Source: Octopus vulgaris
Taxonomy: Eukaryota
Length of the DNA stretch: 64,000 nt
Reading direction: 5' to 3'
NCBI GenBank assembly: GCA_951406725.2
Contig: OX597836.1
Coordinates: 2,232,001 to 2,296,000 of the forward strand
A program made the translations under genes and the position numbers. Under the pieces are notes generated by a model, which worked only from the letters and a program-made list of their open reading frames with translations, did no database searches and was not told the origin of the DNA. This document shows, piece after piece, positions 12,111-25,025 of this stretch. Positions within the stretch are counted from its first letter, which is position 1; each line of letters opens with the position of its first letter.

Positions 12111-12494
12111 TGGAGGCGCAATGGCCCAGTGGTTAGGGCAGCAGACTCGCGGTCATAGGATCGCGGTTTCGATTCCCAGACCGGGCGTTGTGAGTGTTTA
12201 TTGTGCGAAAACACCTAAAGCTCCACGAGGCTCCGGCAGGGGATGGTGGTGATCCCTGCTAAACTTTTTCACCACAACTTTCTCTCACTCTTACTTCCTG
12301 TTTCTGTTTTACCTGTATTTCAAAGGGCCGGCCTTGTCACTCTCTGTGTCACGCTGAATATCCCCGAGAACTACATTAAGGGTACACGTGTCTGTGGAGT
12401 GCTCAGCCAGTTACTCGTTAATTTCACGAGCAGGCTGTTCCGTTGATTCGGATCAACAGGAACCCTCGTCGTCGTAACCGACGGAGTGCTTCCA
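12111..12494 (+). mobile_element. Full-length tRNA-derived SINE, family C, with 12-bp target-site duplication
   Basis: Head ggaggcgcaatggcccagtggttagggc (A box) ... ggtttcgattccc (B box). The flank taatatagagag occurs at 12099-12110 and again at 12495-12506. Confidence 0.9.
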
Positions 12495-13276
12495 TAATAT
12501 AGAGAGAAAACTGTCGACTGTGCACACGACATAGAGAAAGTAGATCTACCATGAAGAGAATACTGATTACGTAGAATTCGTTTTTAATGAAGGAATGGAA
12601 AATGCAAAAACATCAAAAGCACGACACTTTATACATTGTAATATGCTGAGAGCAGCGCTCAATTTTGCATTGGAAACACGCAAATGTTAGGAGGTTAATG
12701 ATGTTGCTGTAGTTGATGATGATGATGATGATGATAACGACTCTAATAATAACAAGGTGAATAACAAAACGATAATAATAATAATAATAATAATGTTAAC
12801 ATCGACTGCAACAACATCAATAATAGTAATACTTGCATCATAAATAATGAGAATGAGAGAAGAAGAAAAAAGAATTACGTATAATGCGAGTAATCTATTT
12901 TTCCATTTCATTCTTTCTGGAATATGGTGCCGGATATTCTGTGGTGAAAATGATATTTAAAAACAAATACAAAAATGACATTATTGAAAGTTCAAAGTAG
13001 GAAGATTCTAGAAGGTTGTTCCTGTTTGTTTTTTTTTACAGTCGTTTATTGCTTAGAGCTCAGCGGTAGCGATATTATTACTTTCTTGAGATTTTGTTCT
13101 GCTTGTTGTTGTATTGTTCTTCCATTGCTTGTTGTTGTACTCTTCGTTGTGTTTGATGCCTTCATTTCTCTATTCTCTTCTTTTCATTCATTTTGTCATC
13201 GTTTTTGTTCATCAAAATCATCTTCGTTGTCGTCATCATCATGTGAATCCTCTTTTAGTTCTTGTTCTTATTTCCT

Positions 13277-13452
13277 GGGGTAGTAAAGAAATAGGTATTT
13301 CGTCTCTCTTTACGTTCTGAGTTCAAATTCCACCGAAGTCGAATTTGTCTTTCATACTTTCGGGATTGATAAGATTAGTTCCAGTTGTGTACTGGGGTCA
13401 ATCTAATCGACAAGTTCCTGCTCAAAAAATGTCGGGCCTTGAGTAGAAAAGA
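13277..13452 (+). mobile_element. SINE family A, partial
   Basis: tacgttctgagttcaaattccaccgaagtcgaatttgtctttcatactttcggg matches the family A core. Confidence 0.75.
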
Positions 13453-14449
13453 ATATAAACTTTGCGCGGTGTCTCGAAAGAAATACCCTACTGTGTCTCA
13501 CTAAGCGTCAACATGAACCACATCAATGATAACCACAAAACCGTCTACAGCACCAATAACACCGGCAACAGCATTAATGACAAGAAACATAGAAATAGGA
13601 AACGTTCAAGGAAGGGAAGACAGAAAAAGAAATCGCCAACGATACACCCGCGGTCACATATTGAATGCTATTTATATAAGAAAAACGAAATCACTTGTTA
13701 CCCAGCTACACAAGCATCCAAACAACATCAAGAAGAATGGAAGTAGGAAAATCCAAAACTACCACTACCAAGACAACCACCAAACCAGCAATATTGACCA
13801 CAACAACACCGATGATGCTAGTAAAATACACAAGGTAAAAAAAATACTGCAAAACGAAGCTGTAGTATCAAAAAGGAAACAGAACAAAAATACCGTAAAA
13901 TTCAGTTAGAAACAAAGACAATTAGGAAATGATGGAATACACAATTAATAAATAAGTAAATCAATAAAAGTCGAAAACGTAAAGGTCAGGAAAGATTTGC
14001 GCAAGTCATCCCTAAAACTCGTAATGAGATATTAACATGTCAAATAACATTTCTAATAATCTCTTGGGCCATTTCTAAGGAAGAGAGAGAATTTTCGAAA
14101 AACAGTCTACGTTGACCATTTATTGGATTTCATCTCGCAAAGACCACGGAGCTTAATGCTATACTCAATGACTTCAGTGCCAAACGTCTTCCGCTATCTT
14201 TTTTACTAAACATGATGTTACTCAGAAAATTGAGGGACAATGTACGCGGTCTACAGTTCGCTTAGAGACGAAATATGTTGAATGACTTCAAATCATAAGG
14301 CACGAATGGGTCCGCTATTTCCTAGATCGGAATTTCTGGAATGCATGTACATTTTTGAAGGAAACACGGCATAACCACTGCAGTGGATTGATGAGGTGCA
14401 GTGGCAGAATGGCCACGTTTTTTTTCTGGAAAGATTTAATTTTAGTGGT

Positions 14450-14900
14450 ATATACAAGCTTCCTGGTTCTTGGTGGACGTCAGTGACAATGGAAAACGAA
14501 TGATAGCAAATGTCTTGGTTTCAGATTCTTCACTGCTTTCGCATCCAAGACAGCAGAACAACTGGATTCTTACACGTAAGGAACTTTCCATTGACTCTCG
14601 ACTATTTCATGGTGTTGATGAGAGAAATTGTATTTTAGACGGCAATTATCTACGTTTCAGCCATAGAAGAAACAGATGTCATCAATATCCTACCTATATA
14701 ATGTCTGTTCGTTTAGCAGGCGAACAAAATATAGGATTCCAATATGTTTAACACAATCCAAAATTTCTGTTCCGTACTTTCGATATAATTGTAACTCAGA
14801 GAGAAGGACACGGTTACTGATAGTTGGTAGTCTCTTTTCTAGCGCGCAAAAACTTACAAGTACCCAAATGAGCAATCTGTTTAAGAGGCAACTCATGCAG
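14450..14900 (-). pseudogene. Decayed Penelope-like RT remnant
   Basis: Minus strand gives LEKRL, then YR*DIDDICFFY (cf. W.RYIDDIF.IW), then TMK*SRVNGKFL (cf. FTME.E.NG.LPFLD) in the expected order. Confidence 0.4.
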
Positions 14901-15014
14901 AGTAACTGCTTAGAATATATCACGGGTGCCCTGAAAAGGGCAACTAAATCGCTAGTGATCGAGCAAAATACGAAACAATGTCTCTAGTCTTGCACTATTT
15001 AATGTGTATGTTTC

Positions 15015-15512
15015 GGAAGGTGGCGAGCAGACGGATTCTCAGCCCGTTAAGCAAAATGCCTAACGGTATTTACGAGCTGGCAGAAACGTTAGCACGCCGA
15101 GTGATATGCTTAGCGGTATTTCTTCTGCGTTACGTTGTGAGTTCAAATTCCGCCGAGGTCGACTTTGCCTTTCATCCTTTCGGGGTCGATAAATTAAGTA
15201 CCAGTTACGCACTGGGGTCGATGTAGTCGACTTTGCCTTTCATCCTTTCGGGGTCAATTAAATAAGTACCAGTTACACACTGGTGTTGATGTAATCGACT
15301 TAATCCGTTTGTCTGTCCTTGTTTGTCCTCTCTGTGTTTAGCCCCTTGTGGGTAGTAAAGAAATAGGTATTTACTTTCTGAGTTCAAAATTCCGGCAAGG
15401 TCGGTTTTCATTTTCATCATTTTGTCATTAATTAAATAAATACTAGTTGTGTACTGGGGTCGATCAAGTGGACCTACCTCACTCTTCGAGATTGCTAGCA
15501 TAGTTCCAAATT
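15015..15512 (+). mobile_element. SINE family A, composite copy with duplicated head and triplicated core
   Basis: gagctggcagaaacgttagcacgcc...gagttcaaattccgccgaggtcgactttgcctttcatcctttcggggtcga; the core recurs near 15160, 15227 and 15400. Confidence 0.85.
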
Positions 15513-17226
15513 TTGAAATCTATATTTCTGTCTTCTACGATCATATCTGACATCCGTTTTGTGTGTTTGTATCTTTTTCTATTTTTTTTCTTTATTTTGC
15601 TTTGTTACCCCAATATACAAAATGTCAAGAATCTAGTGTCAAGGAGATTTGAATCTAAGTTGACCAAAATTACAAGTGTGGCAAAATTAGAAAGCCAAAA
15701 AGCAAATTCAGTAATAGAGAAATGCAAAAAAAAAGGATTTTGTATGGTGTGGTGTAATATACACCCGGGTCAACATAATCTTTCATTCGTTAAAGTTCAA
15801 TAATAAAGTACAAATGAAATACAAGGCATTCTGGACCTCCACGCAAATCTCAAGTTTCTGTTACTTAAAAAAATATATATTAAGAATATTAAAACGCTGG
15901 CATTTCCTTCTATTTCCTCTTCATCATCATAATTATCATCTTTTAAATCTCCTTATTTTTCAATTTCTATTTTCTCTTTTTTATTTCTTTTTCTCTATAG
16001 TAATAATAATATTAATAGTAGTAGTAGTAGTTCTTGTTATTGCTTCTGTTGATGTTGTTGTTCTTGTAGTGATATCAATAATACTGTCTTTTTTTTTCTG
16101 TATCGTTTTTATCCTCATTATTATCAATGCCTTAACATATTACATAACAAAAGAATCAGAAATACCAGAATTTCCAATCAACAAAATACAATCGCAGAAA
16201 AATAAATGTCTAAAAACTCTTAAAGAAAAACATTGAAATGGCATGCGAACAATGCCAAATGACAAAAATATAATAGAATTGGAATAAAGCAAAAGCATTC
16301 TTTTAATTCAGATGTTTGTCCAATATTATCGAAAATTGATATAGCCTATACAAATTGTAATCTCTTGAACCGTTTTTGAAAAAAAAAGACACAAAAAACA
16401 AACAAACACATAAAACATATTTTTCTATAAATTATTGCTTTATATATTTTAGTTTTTTAATAATTCATATTTTTAAAGATTTTGTTGTGATTTTTGATAT
16501 GATTTCAAAATAATATTTCAAATTCTATACTCTAGGGTCAATTAAGAGTTTTGAAAAAGAGAAAGTGTCTCAGACATGGAAATAGAGAAGGAGGAAGATA
16601 AATAGAAACAACAAGACAAACAACAAATAAGAAAACAAAATCAAAGAAGAAAAAACATTCAATTGACAAGAATCGCTCGAAACACAAACAGATACAACAC
16701 AAATAAATACATATATACACACGCACATGCATATGTATATAATGTGAGTGTATACACAGGTATGTATGTGTGTGTGTTTGAATGTACCTGCTCGGAGACA
16801 AGAATAGAGAGATTTATACAAAAACATACAAAAGAGAGAAAACACGGTAAAGAATGTCAAAAATAAACGAAAATACAAATTTAGAGAAGATAAAAAAATA
16901 AAGAATAATGGAAATACAATATGGATGAAATGTAAATGGAAACAAAGAGACATTCAAAAATGGAAATATTTCGAAAAGATGCTGGTTAAAAATAGGACTG
17001 CGATTAATCGATTATAACAAAAATATGAACGATATGAATAGAAAATAAAAACATATATCATTTAATTAGAGGGAATTATATTACGATGTGATAGAAGTAT
17101 ACAGAATATAAAGAACGTCGCTAGCATTTGAAAATAGATATATAAATATGGCTGACAGTAGGTGATTACAAAGCACACACAAATAGATTTACCTTTACAG
17201 TAGTCCATGCTCACATAAACACACAC

Positions 17227-17267
<41 letters not shown>

Positions 17268-17504
17268 TATTCATGGACGCATGCATATACTGGTGTTAAC
17301 CATGCATATTGAGCGCAGAAATGTATGTAAGGAGGTTTATACATAAAGGTATGTTGGAGAGACAGACGTCCATGTTTCAAAAGTAATTATTTATTCAAAA
17401 AGAAACTAAGTATTGGAAATTAATTTAACTGTTTGAAAATAATTCAAATTATTCCTCATTGAATGCAAAATATAACTGATGAAATATTAATGTTTCGGAA
17501 AATC

Positions 17505-17995
17505 TTTTTCGTCCTCGTCTTTATCCACAACAATATCATTCGCTATCCTCCTCATCATTGGCTTCGTCATCTTCACCTTCAACTTCGGCATCGTCCTCTT
17601 CATCATCGTCATTATCATCGTCGTCGTCCTTATCGTCTTCGTCATCATCACTATCACCATCATCATCAGTATTATCTGCATCTCCTTCGGTATGTTCATT
17701 GTCATCGTTTAACGAGGCACATATTAATGACAATGCTAATCACCATCTCTTTCCTCCTCCCTTCATCACCCTCAGCATAATGTGATACCTCATGGGTAGC
17801 ACCATCGTCATCATATTCGCCAATACGCGCATTGTCCTAATCAGAATAATCATCATTATCGTCGTCGTCATCATCTTTCCCACAGAAAATATTTAAATCC
17901 CTATTCCTTTCTTCTTGCTTTGCTACCATCATCACTGTCTGTATCATTATCACCACCATCGCTTTCATTATCGTTATAATATTCAACGCTATCAC
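17505..17995. repeat. Degenerate (CAT/CGT/CCT)n trinucleotide low-complexity tract
   Basis: Runs of catcatcgtcatt...; open in several frames on both strands. Confidence 0.8.
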
Positions 17996-18659
17996 TTCGT
18001 GTGTGTGTGTCTGTGTGTGTGAAATGGTGAATGACAAAAGATGCAGGGATTACATAATCACTCCCTTTTGCTCGTTCATTAATTGCTGCTCTGCTCAGTA
18101 CTCAACGACCTCTCTACGCTGAAGCGTATTAGAATGAGATGTAGCATATGGTTACTCGCAGCACTATGCTTAATGGAGATGTTTCAAATAGGTAGGTATG
18201 TGTGCAGGATGTGTGAGTGTTCGTCTGTGTGTATGCGTGTGTATGTACCTGGAATGTCCGTATGATCATACCCGTTACATTTCAACACATCTTACACGTC
18301 TGCCTCCGGTTTTCTTCTTTCTTCTACACATTCCTGATAAACTATATTCTTACCAGGACCGTACAATTTTCCAAAAATTTTCTTTTGCTACAATATCTTT
18401 GGTTACAATTCCAACATAAAAAAAAACGTAGATTATGCTATTTCTAAAGAAATCATTTTAGATTAGTTACATTTAATAGGACATTCAGTTCAACGCTACA
18501 AGTGTACTGTGTCCCTTTATTAAGGCCCATTATTGCTGCCCTGTAGACATTACTGTCAGTCCGTCTAGATGACATCTGCAACGATAATTTATTTGTCTGC
18601 CATCACGGTGAAAGACCCTAACAAGTACGAAAGGCCGTTTTGTTCTCTTTTCTAATTAA

Positions 18660-18860
18660 TCCATTGAAAATAATTATAACCTGACAAAGCTTTAGACATG
18701 AGGGCAAAATCTGTTCACGTTTAGGACCGGCAGATCTTATCTGGTTGTGAGTGACTGAATCTGCGTATCTAATAGTGCCTCTCAGTCGCTGATGTCATTC
18801 AAAACCCAGATGGTTGTGTTTCACGATCACAGCCTAGGAGAACATGTCTTCTTCAAACTG
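18660..18860 (-). pseudogene. Possible decayed CR1/L2 RT remnant
   Basis: Minus strand gives QPSGF*MTSATE (cf. QSGFR..HSTETAL) followed by LMSKAL (cf. DLSKAFD). Confidence 0.3.
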
Positions 18861-19794
18861 TAAACTCCACTGAAAGAATTTGAGTGGTGTATCTACAGCA
18901 AGCTAAATGAATGCAACTACAATTCAGCTGTCGTTGCAAAGTTTCCTACTGTATATTCAGAATAAGATTTGTGTATGATAACCTGTTAGCAACATGCAGC
19001 TCAATGTTTATTTATCAATTTTTAAACTGGAAAAGGACAATATCTATCGACCATATTTCTTTAATACAATTATAACCTATCATACTTCATCTTTCATTTA
19101 AACATATTTGCAAACTCTGAAATAAAGCTTTTGTATATATCATTATTTTTCTTTCTAATTTCATGCCGGCAATTTTGCTAAGGCATGCTACAAGTTTAAT
19201 CAATGGCAATTATAGAACGATAATTTAGTTTCTCTCTATGGCTGCAATATTTATCTCGTGTTTAAAGATACGGAGCCAAATAGTCTTCCAGCGTTAAGTA
19301 ACTGCACACTACATCTTATAAAAATCTTGTTTATTTTCTTTCAATAACACGATATTTCTCATCATTTTTACTTATTTATCTCAGTGGAGCCCGTTTTGCT
19401 GGATTACATATTCATAATAAGATTTGAACAATAAACAGGAGTCAATTATTCGAAAGATATTACTGTTTAAAAAAAAAGTGTGTTTAAGTTGCTTTTACAA
19501 AGATAGGTGTCGCCATATGTATGAAAATTATTCGACGACAGAAGTGAGAAAATGTTCACGTTATGATAGCAGTCAGCACAATTCTGCTCGCCTAAGATAT
19601 GGCACTAGCATATTGGATAGATTCTGCTTTCTTGCATATATATCAGTCCCTTTATATTCTTTTACTGTTTTTTGTATTGCGTTAGCGTCGTTACCAAAAA
19701 CATGTTTTATAAAAGCTTTCTCTTGCAGAAACATGAATTCCTAGCAAGGAAAATATAAGATATGAGGATTTTATAATCATTCATTTATTGTTCT

Positions 19795-20005
19795 CGTTCC
19801 AAATTTTAGGCCCAAGGCCAGCAATTTCAGTCAGGCGACCAAGTCAATTACATCGACCCCAGTGCTCAGCGGTACATAATTTATCGACCCCAAATGAGTG
19901 AAATGCAAAGTCAACCCCGACAGCGTGTGAACTCTGAAGGTAAAAACCAACGGAATGTCGCTTTGCATTTTGCCTTGCTTGCTAACCATTGTGCCAGCTC
20001 GCCAA
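19795..20005 (-). mobile_element. SINE family A, diverged
   Basis: catcgaccccagtgctc...ttatcgacccc...gcaaagtcaacc...gccagctcgcc. Confidence 0.75.
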
Positions 20006-21241
20006 CTCAGAATTCTTTATAAATTACACAGGTATCCATATATTCTTAGTCATATAAGTACAATTTTACGCACACGGTTTTTTATATTTGTTGATCTTGA
20101 CGGAAAATTCTTTTATCGAAAAATAATTTAGCTACATTTGTACATTATTGTTATTATTAAGGGTTATAAAACCTAGAAGGGTTTATTGTAGAGAGGTGAG
20201 AAAAGCAAATAAGGACTTAAATATCAGTGGGACATCTTAATCTATAGGGTTATTTTAAATATTATATTTCGTGTTAATTGAGGGTAGTTGACAAATCGCT
20301 CTGGAAGCATAAGGAGGAGGAGTGATCGTATAAGAAATGACCATTCCTCTGCAGTTTAATTTATTCTGTGACTTTAATTCTCAGTATAAACGGTAATTCC
20401 TGCAAAACTCTCAACCGCAAATCTCCTGTCTGCGTTGCAGAGACGTGCGCAGGAATTCTATGCAACGCAACTGTAAAATATCACAACGCATAAACGTATG
20501 TGTGTTTGTATTTCGCGTAGGTCAACTTGATTAAAGGTCAGTATTACGATATAGGATCCAGTATAGGAGCAGCAATGTACAATGAAGATAATGTGAGTCT
20601 TGTTATGTGCTGGAAATATTAATCTACTGACTATTCATCTCCGTATAAGTATGTATTTACGAACCAATAAAGAATCATCAACAAGATAGCTTACCTGTTA
20701 GACTATCAGTCAAATTCCTATCGGATAATCATGTCCAGGATATATCAAAATAATGGATGATTACGTGCATAATAACACTGCTAATTTATCTACTCGCACA
20801 TCCAAAAGAATACGAACAAAATGGACAATTCTAAGGCGCCAAGTGGATATGTTAACATTACGGCTGACCTAACAGAAATAACAGCTTAATCTTCTTCTTA
20901 AAAAAAAAGAACACAAAACAGTATTACTTAAAACATAGGTTTAACTGGTCAATGCACTGTACAAAAACCATGGCTGACGGAACAAAAAGATAACAAGTAT
21001 ACACGATCATAACTGACCTAGGGCTAAAATAGAAATAAATAGAAATGAGCTAACGAGGGATATGTATGCTATTGCATGACTTTGATAAACGTGTAGATAA
21101 CATTAATATAATAAGGACTAACATCTACACGAATGGAAATTTGAACTGAACTTTCATGCTTCCTTATTCTTCATCTCTGTATTCCTTCTAACATCTATAT
21201 CGTCGATTCATTCATCAATACCCTTTTCATTGTTCCTATTT

Positions 21242-21296
21242 GTCTTCGATGACGGAATATCACATACCCTGGGATAATCCTGAAACAGCTGTACGA
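21242..21296 (+). ncRNA. Degenerate hammerhead motif (same family as 35008-35053)
   Basis: gtct-tcgatga-cgg...cct-GAAA-CAGCTG-TA-cgac. The core CUGAUGA is mutated to UCGAUGA; palindromic stem III and the GUA site are retained. Confidence 0.5.
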
Positions 21297-21380
21297 CTTT
21301 GAATTCTTTTCCAATAATAACGTATATGACTTGATGTCTGTCTTGCTTTAACGTGTTTTGTCCTCTAACAATTATATATA

Positions 21381-21445
21381 TTGATTTTGATTTTGATTTT
21401 TCCAGTTTCAGCTTATGAGCTGTGGCCATGCTGGGGCAACGCCAT
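21381..21445 (-). mobile_element. 65-bp retroposon tail with (AAATC)n end, in a (TA)n tract
   Basis: Reverse complement atggcgttgccccagcatggccacagctcataagctgaaactggaaaaatcaaaatcaaaatcaa is almost identical to 33379-33439. Confidence 0.8.
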
Positions 21446-21869
21446 TTATATATATATATATATATATATACATACACGCACATACCTATAACATACATAG
21501 AGAATGAGCGAGAGAAAGAGATATACTCGTATAAACATATATTTACATATGTATACATAGAATATCTGCTCTTGCATACTTACGTCTATGTGTACGATAG
21601 CGTTAGATGTATAGATATTTGTAAATATGCATTTCTATGTCACCTCCTTGTCTACTCAAAACCAGAGTTGAAAGAATATTTTACAGAAGAACTAATCATG
21701 AATTATGCATAAGGGAGACGGAAAGTAATTTGAAATTTATTTTTCATTTAACGTAAATAAAGATTTGCACTTAACTAAAATGGATTATTGGTGTTGTTTA
21801 TATTTTGCTGTTTTTCCTCTTCTCCTCCTCGTCCTTCTCCTGCTTCTACTTTTACTACTACTATTAATA

Positions 21870-22415
21870 ATTATTTCAAATTTTTGCTACAATGGTAGCT
21901 TGAGGAGGTGGGGGTTGAGTCGATTACATGGCCTCAAGTGCATAACTGGTACGTATTTAATTGACCCAGGAAGAATGAAAGGCAAAATCGATCTCAGCGG
22001 AATTTGAACTTGGAGCTTAGCGGCAGACGAAATACCGATAAGGATTTCGCCCGGCGTCCTAACGTTTCTGCCAGCTCGCCGCTTTACTACAACTGTTAAT
22101 AAGAATTTGGGGACTATGGAAAGATGAAAGGCAAAGTCTACCACAGCGGATTTAAGTACAGAACGTAGCGGTGCACTAAATACCTTTTTCTTTACTACCC
22201 ACAAGGAGATAAACACAGAGAGGAAAAACAAGGATAGACAAAAGTAGTAAGTTAATTATATCGACCCCAGTGCGTAACTGGTACTTATTTAATCGACCCC
22301 GAAAGGATGAAAAGCAAAGTCGACCTCGTCGGAATTTGAACTCAGAACGTGGCGACAGACGAAATACCTTTAATCATTTCGCCCGGCGTGCTAAAATTTC
22401 TGCCAGTTCACCTCA
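21870..22415 (-). mobile_element. Two adjacent SINE family A copies
   Basis: Two occurrences of gaaaggcaaa...ggaatttgaact...gacgaaatacc...ttcgcccggcgt...tctgccag. Confidence 0.85.
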
Positions 22416-22438
22416 TTAATGATAAAGCCTCCCATATT

Positions 22439-23189
22439 TGGAATCGAACTCGGAATCTTGGGGTTAGTAACCCGCGCTCTTAACCACTACAGCCGTGGGC
22501 AATTATGGAGTGAATTTTAGGGCTTATAAATCTATTTTTCTATCCTTCCTTAACACCGTTTCCCATATGAGAATATGACCAAAGACTGCATGTACTTCAT
22601 CCCATACAGCTGTAGTAGGTTATACAAAGGTGAAACATGCCGCCCCCTCAAAATAAGGGTAGATGGTCCTCGCAAATCTGTGACACGAAGAGATATTGAT
22701 AAATTGGGTATAGGTGATAATGTATGGAAAAATGGAGACCACCTCCCCCTGTGGGATGAAGTTAAAATAATAGACAGAGAACACCACTGGAAAATAAGAA
22801 AATTAAACACAGCAGCACATATGCTAGGACACAACAACCTTCTAAGCAGACCGAGTGTAGATATCAGTAGTATAAGGGAACCGGTATTAAGGAAGGATAG
22901 AAACATATTAGATTTATAAGCGGGTATATGTCGTAGCGGTTAAGAGCGCGGGCTACTGACCCCAAGATTCTGAGTTCGATTCCAAGCAGTGACCTGGACA
23001 GTAATAATAATAATAATATCGAAAAATACTTTAAGAATAAGAACCCATGTTCGAAATTTCCCCAAAGAGCTGCTGAAAGCTGGAGGGTATATCAACCGAA
23101 TCGTTGTGTTAGCAACAAACAAGATGACGACAAATATCCGTCGAATGTAAATAATGTACAGAATTCCTCATCTCTGAAATATAGAACTG
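22439..23189 (+). mobile_element. 5'-truncated Penelope-like element: inverted partial pLTR, GIY-YIG end, pLTR with tRNA-like head and decayed hammerhead
   Basis: 22439-22568 is an inverted copy of about 22870-22983. The ORF remnant is GIY-YIG-like, and the downstream region matches 2665-2955. Confidence 0.85.
22575..22919 (+). pseudogene. GIY-YIG endonuclease domain of a Penelope-like element (fragment)
   Basis: CMYFIPYSCSRLYKGETCRPLKIRV...IGDNVW...H...WDEVKIIDREHHWKIRKL matches the PLE pattern VY.IPC.C...Y.GET.R.L..R..EH...IA.H......WD.V.I...E.....R..KEA. Conserved EH, H and E positions are substituted. Confidence 0.85.
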
Positions 23190-23214
23190 GATAGAATACT
23201 CCACATGAAGAAAA

Positions 23215-23405
23215 TTCTAACGGGGCCCCACTGGCAGTGTCATGTGCTGTTTATCGTGATAGGAGATTACCATGTCGCGCCCACATGGTCGTGATGCATG
23301 TGATTGGTGTACCGTTATTAGATCGGTAGTCATGAAGGGTATTCTAAGTTTCGTGTATTTTATCCCTGTATCACTTTGATGATATGCACTGCATTCACTC
23401 AATAT
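23215..23405 (+). repeat. Probable interspersed repeat fragment (SINE/LINE tail-like)
   Basis: GC-richer block ending ...cactgcattcactcaata; resembles a recalled cephalopod repeat tail. Single copy in this window. Confidence 0.35.
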
Positions 23406-24204
23406 GAATAAAAATATTTCTTTTTCTTGTCATCATCATCGCCATCATTGTGCCATTTTCTAATTCTTCACTCCCCCTTTCACATGCACACGCGCACATA
23501 CATACAAAAACGATGTATGCCTATGTATTTATATACGTGTTTATAACAGATACTCTGTTTGTGCGCAAGAGAGAGTCAGTGAGAGAGAAAGTGAATGGTA
23601 TCTACAAGCATGCAAATGATGGATACCTGACAACACACACTTATCTTTCTCTCTCTCACGCACATACGCAAACAGAGAAGTCCATCTCATATTCACGAAC
23701 ATACATCGTTCACCTTCTGCTCCCACTTCAAAGCAAATGTCGCCCTTTCACATTCTCCTCTGTTTCGATTTCTACCATCTTCAAAGCATAAAGACATAAA
23801 ATATGTTTACGGAAATTAACGAAGAAACATATGATACTGTATGATTGACCATATGTTCGAGTGGAGAACTTTGATGCTTCAATCAACAGAATGCCATAAA
23901 GTAACTTCGTTTAGAACTCACACGTACGCGCGCGCGCACACCCACATATGCATATACAATTATGATTAAGGGCATAAAAAAAATTCTTGCCTTTATGCTG
24001 AAATGAGACGCTAAATCGTCGAACCTCATTAAATACCACCACTGTTACAATTACACACGTGTCGAAAAATCGAGGGAGCAATCTAACGGAATTTCATAAA
24101 ATTGAGTCCACTTCTTGAAGATCAGATTAGTTCTAATCAATGGAGTTATAACTGTATCGTGTCTCTGGTACAGTCAAAGTGCCTATAATCTTCAACAGCA
24201 ATAT

Positions 24205-24390
24205 AATGGCAAGGTGGCAGAAATGGTAACATGCCAGACAAAATGCATAGTGGAATTTCCTCTGTCATTGCTTTCTGGGTTCAAATTCCGACAACGTCGA
24301 CTTTGTTTTTCATAGTTTAGAAGTACCAGTCAAATACTGGGGTCGATTTTCGGCTTATCTCCTCTTGAAAATTGCAGGACTGTTGAAGAA
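24205..24390 (+). mobile_element. SINE family A, diverged
   Basis: ggcaaggtggcagaaatgg...gggttcaaattccgacaacgtcgactttg...agtaccagtcaaatactggggtcga. Confidence 0.7.
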
Positions 24391-24794
24391 ATGGTACCTC
24401 TCTAATGTGAGACGGAGAGAAGGAATTGGAGAGGGGATTTTCTCTTGGAGTTTCAAGGAAATCTCGAACAGAGGGATTCCTCCAACTTCCCTAGAGGCAT
24501 TCCTGTATCAGAAGGGAAACATCTGTCATCCTTCCTGACACATTTTACTTTTTTTACTATCTTTCCCTTTTATCATTTCCTTATATGTAAACCTCAACAC
24601 TATATGTCTCCCTTTCTATGGTCCCTTTTAACTTTCACGCTTGTGGAAAATAAATGAAATTATTATTATTATTAAGTGCGAGAGAAGCCCAATAAACATA
24701 TCATTAGTACCCCTCTGATAATATCGAGCACATGACCTTAAAACTGGGGACTTTTAGAATTTTCTTCAGGTCAAGTAACAAATTCCGCCCAAAA

Positions 24795-25025
24795 GGTCCC
24801 TGAATAAGGTTTGTTAAAGGCTGATGAACAAATGATCTATGTTCCCAGAGGCGAAATATACAAACTCCAAAAAGTTGCCCTTAACACATGGCTATGATGC
24901 TCCCCCACTACTTCTGCTCGTGATCAAAGATGCACATATCGTCAGCCACTAAGGGAGAGGCTCAACTGGTCTATGGTCAAACAACTGACCAGAAAATCAG
25001 TGGTATTGAGCAAAATATTTGCTCG
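24795..25025. repeat. Probable interspersed repeat fragment
   Basis: acacatggctatgatgctcccccactacttctgctcgtgatc... is recalled as a common octopus repeat; not confirmable within the window. Confidence 0.4.

Noticed and set aside
13462-13909. 94-aa and 127-aa Asn/Lys/His-rich ORFs
   Set aside because: A/C-rich low-complexity sequence derived from decayed (AAC/ACC)n repeats; no domain or splice support.
17463-18037. Poly-Asp/Glu, poly-His and poly-Ser ORFs
   Set aside because: Degenerate trinucleotide repeat open in multiple frames, with no splice signals or unique domain; similar tracts lie at 12700-12850, 25190-25310 and 28630-28790.
23065-23110. Hammerhead in the second pLTR copy as a functional ribozyme
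   Set aside because: The core is mutated (CUGCUGA, GAAU) and stems I/II are disrupted.
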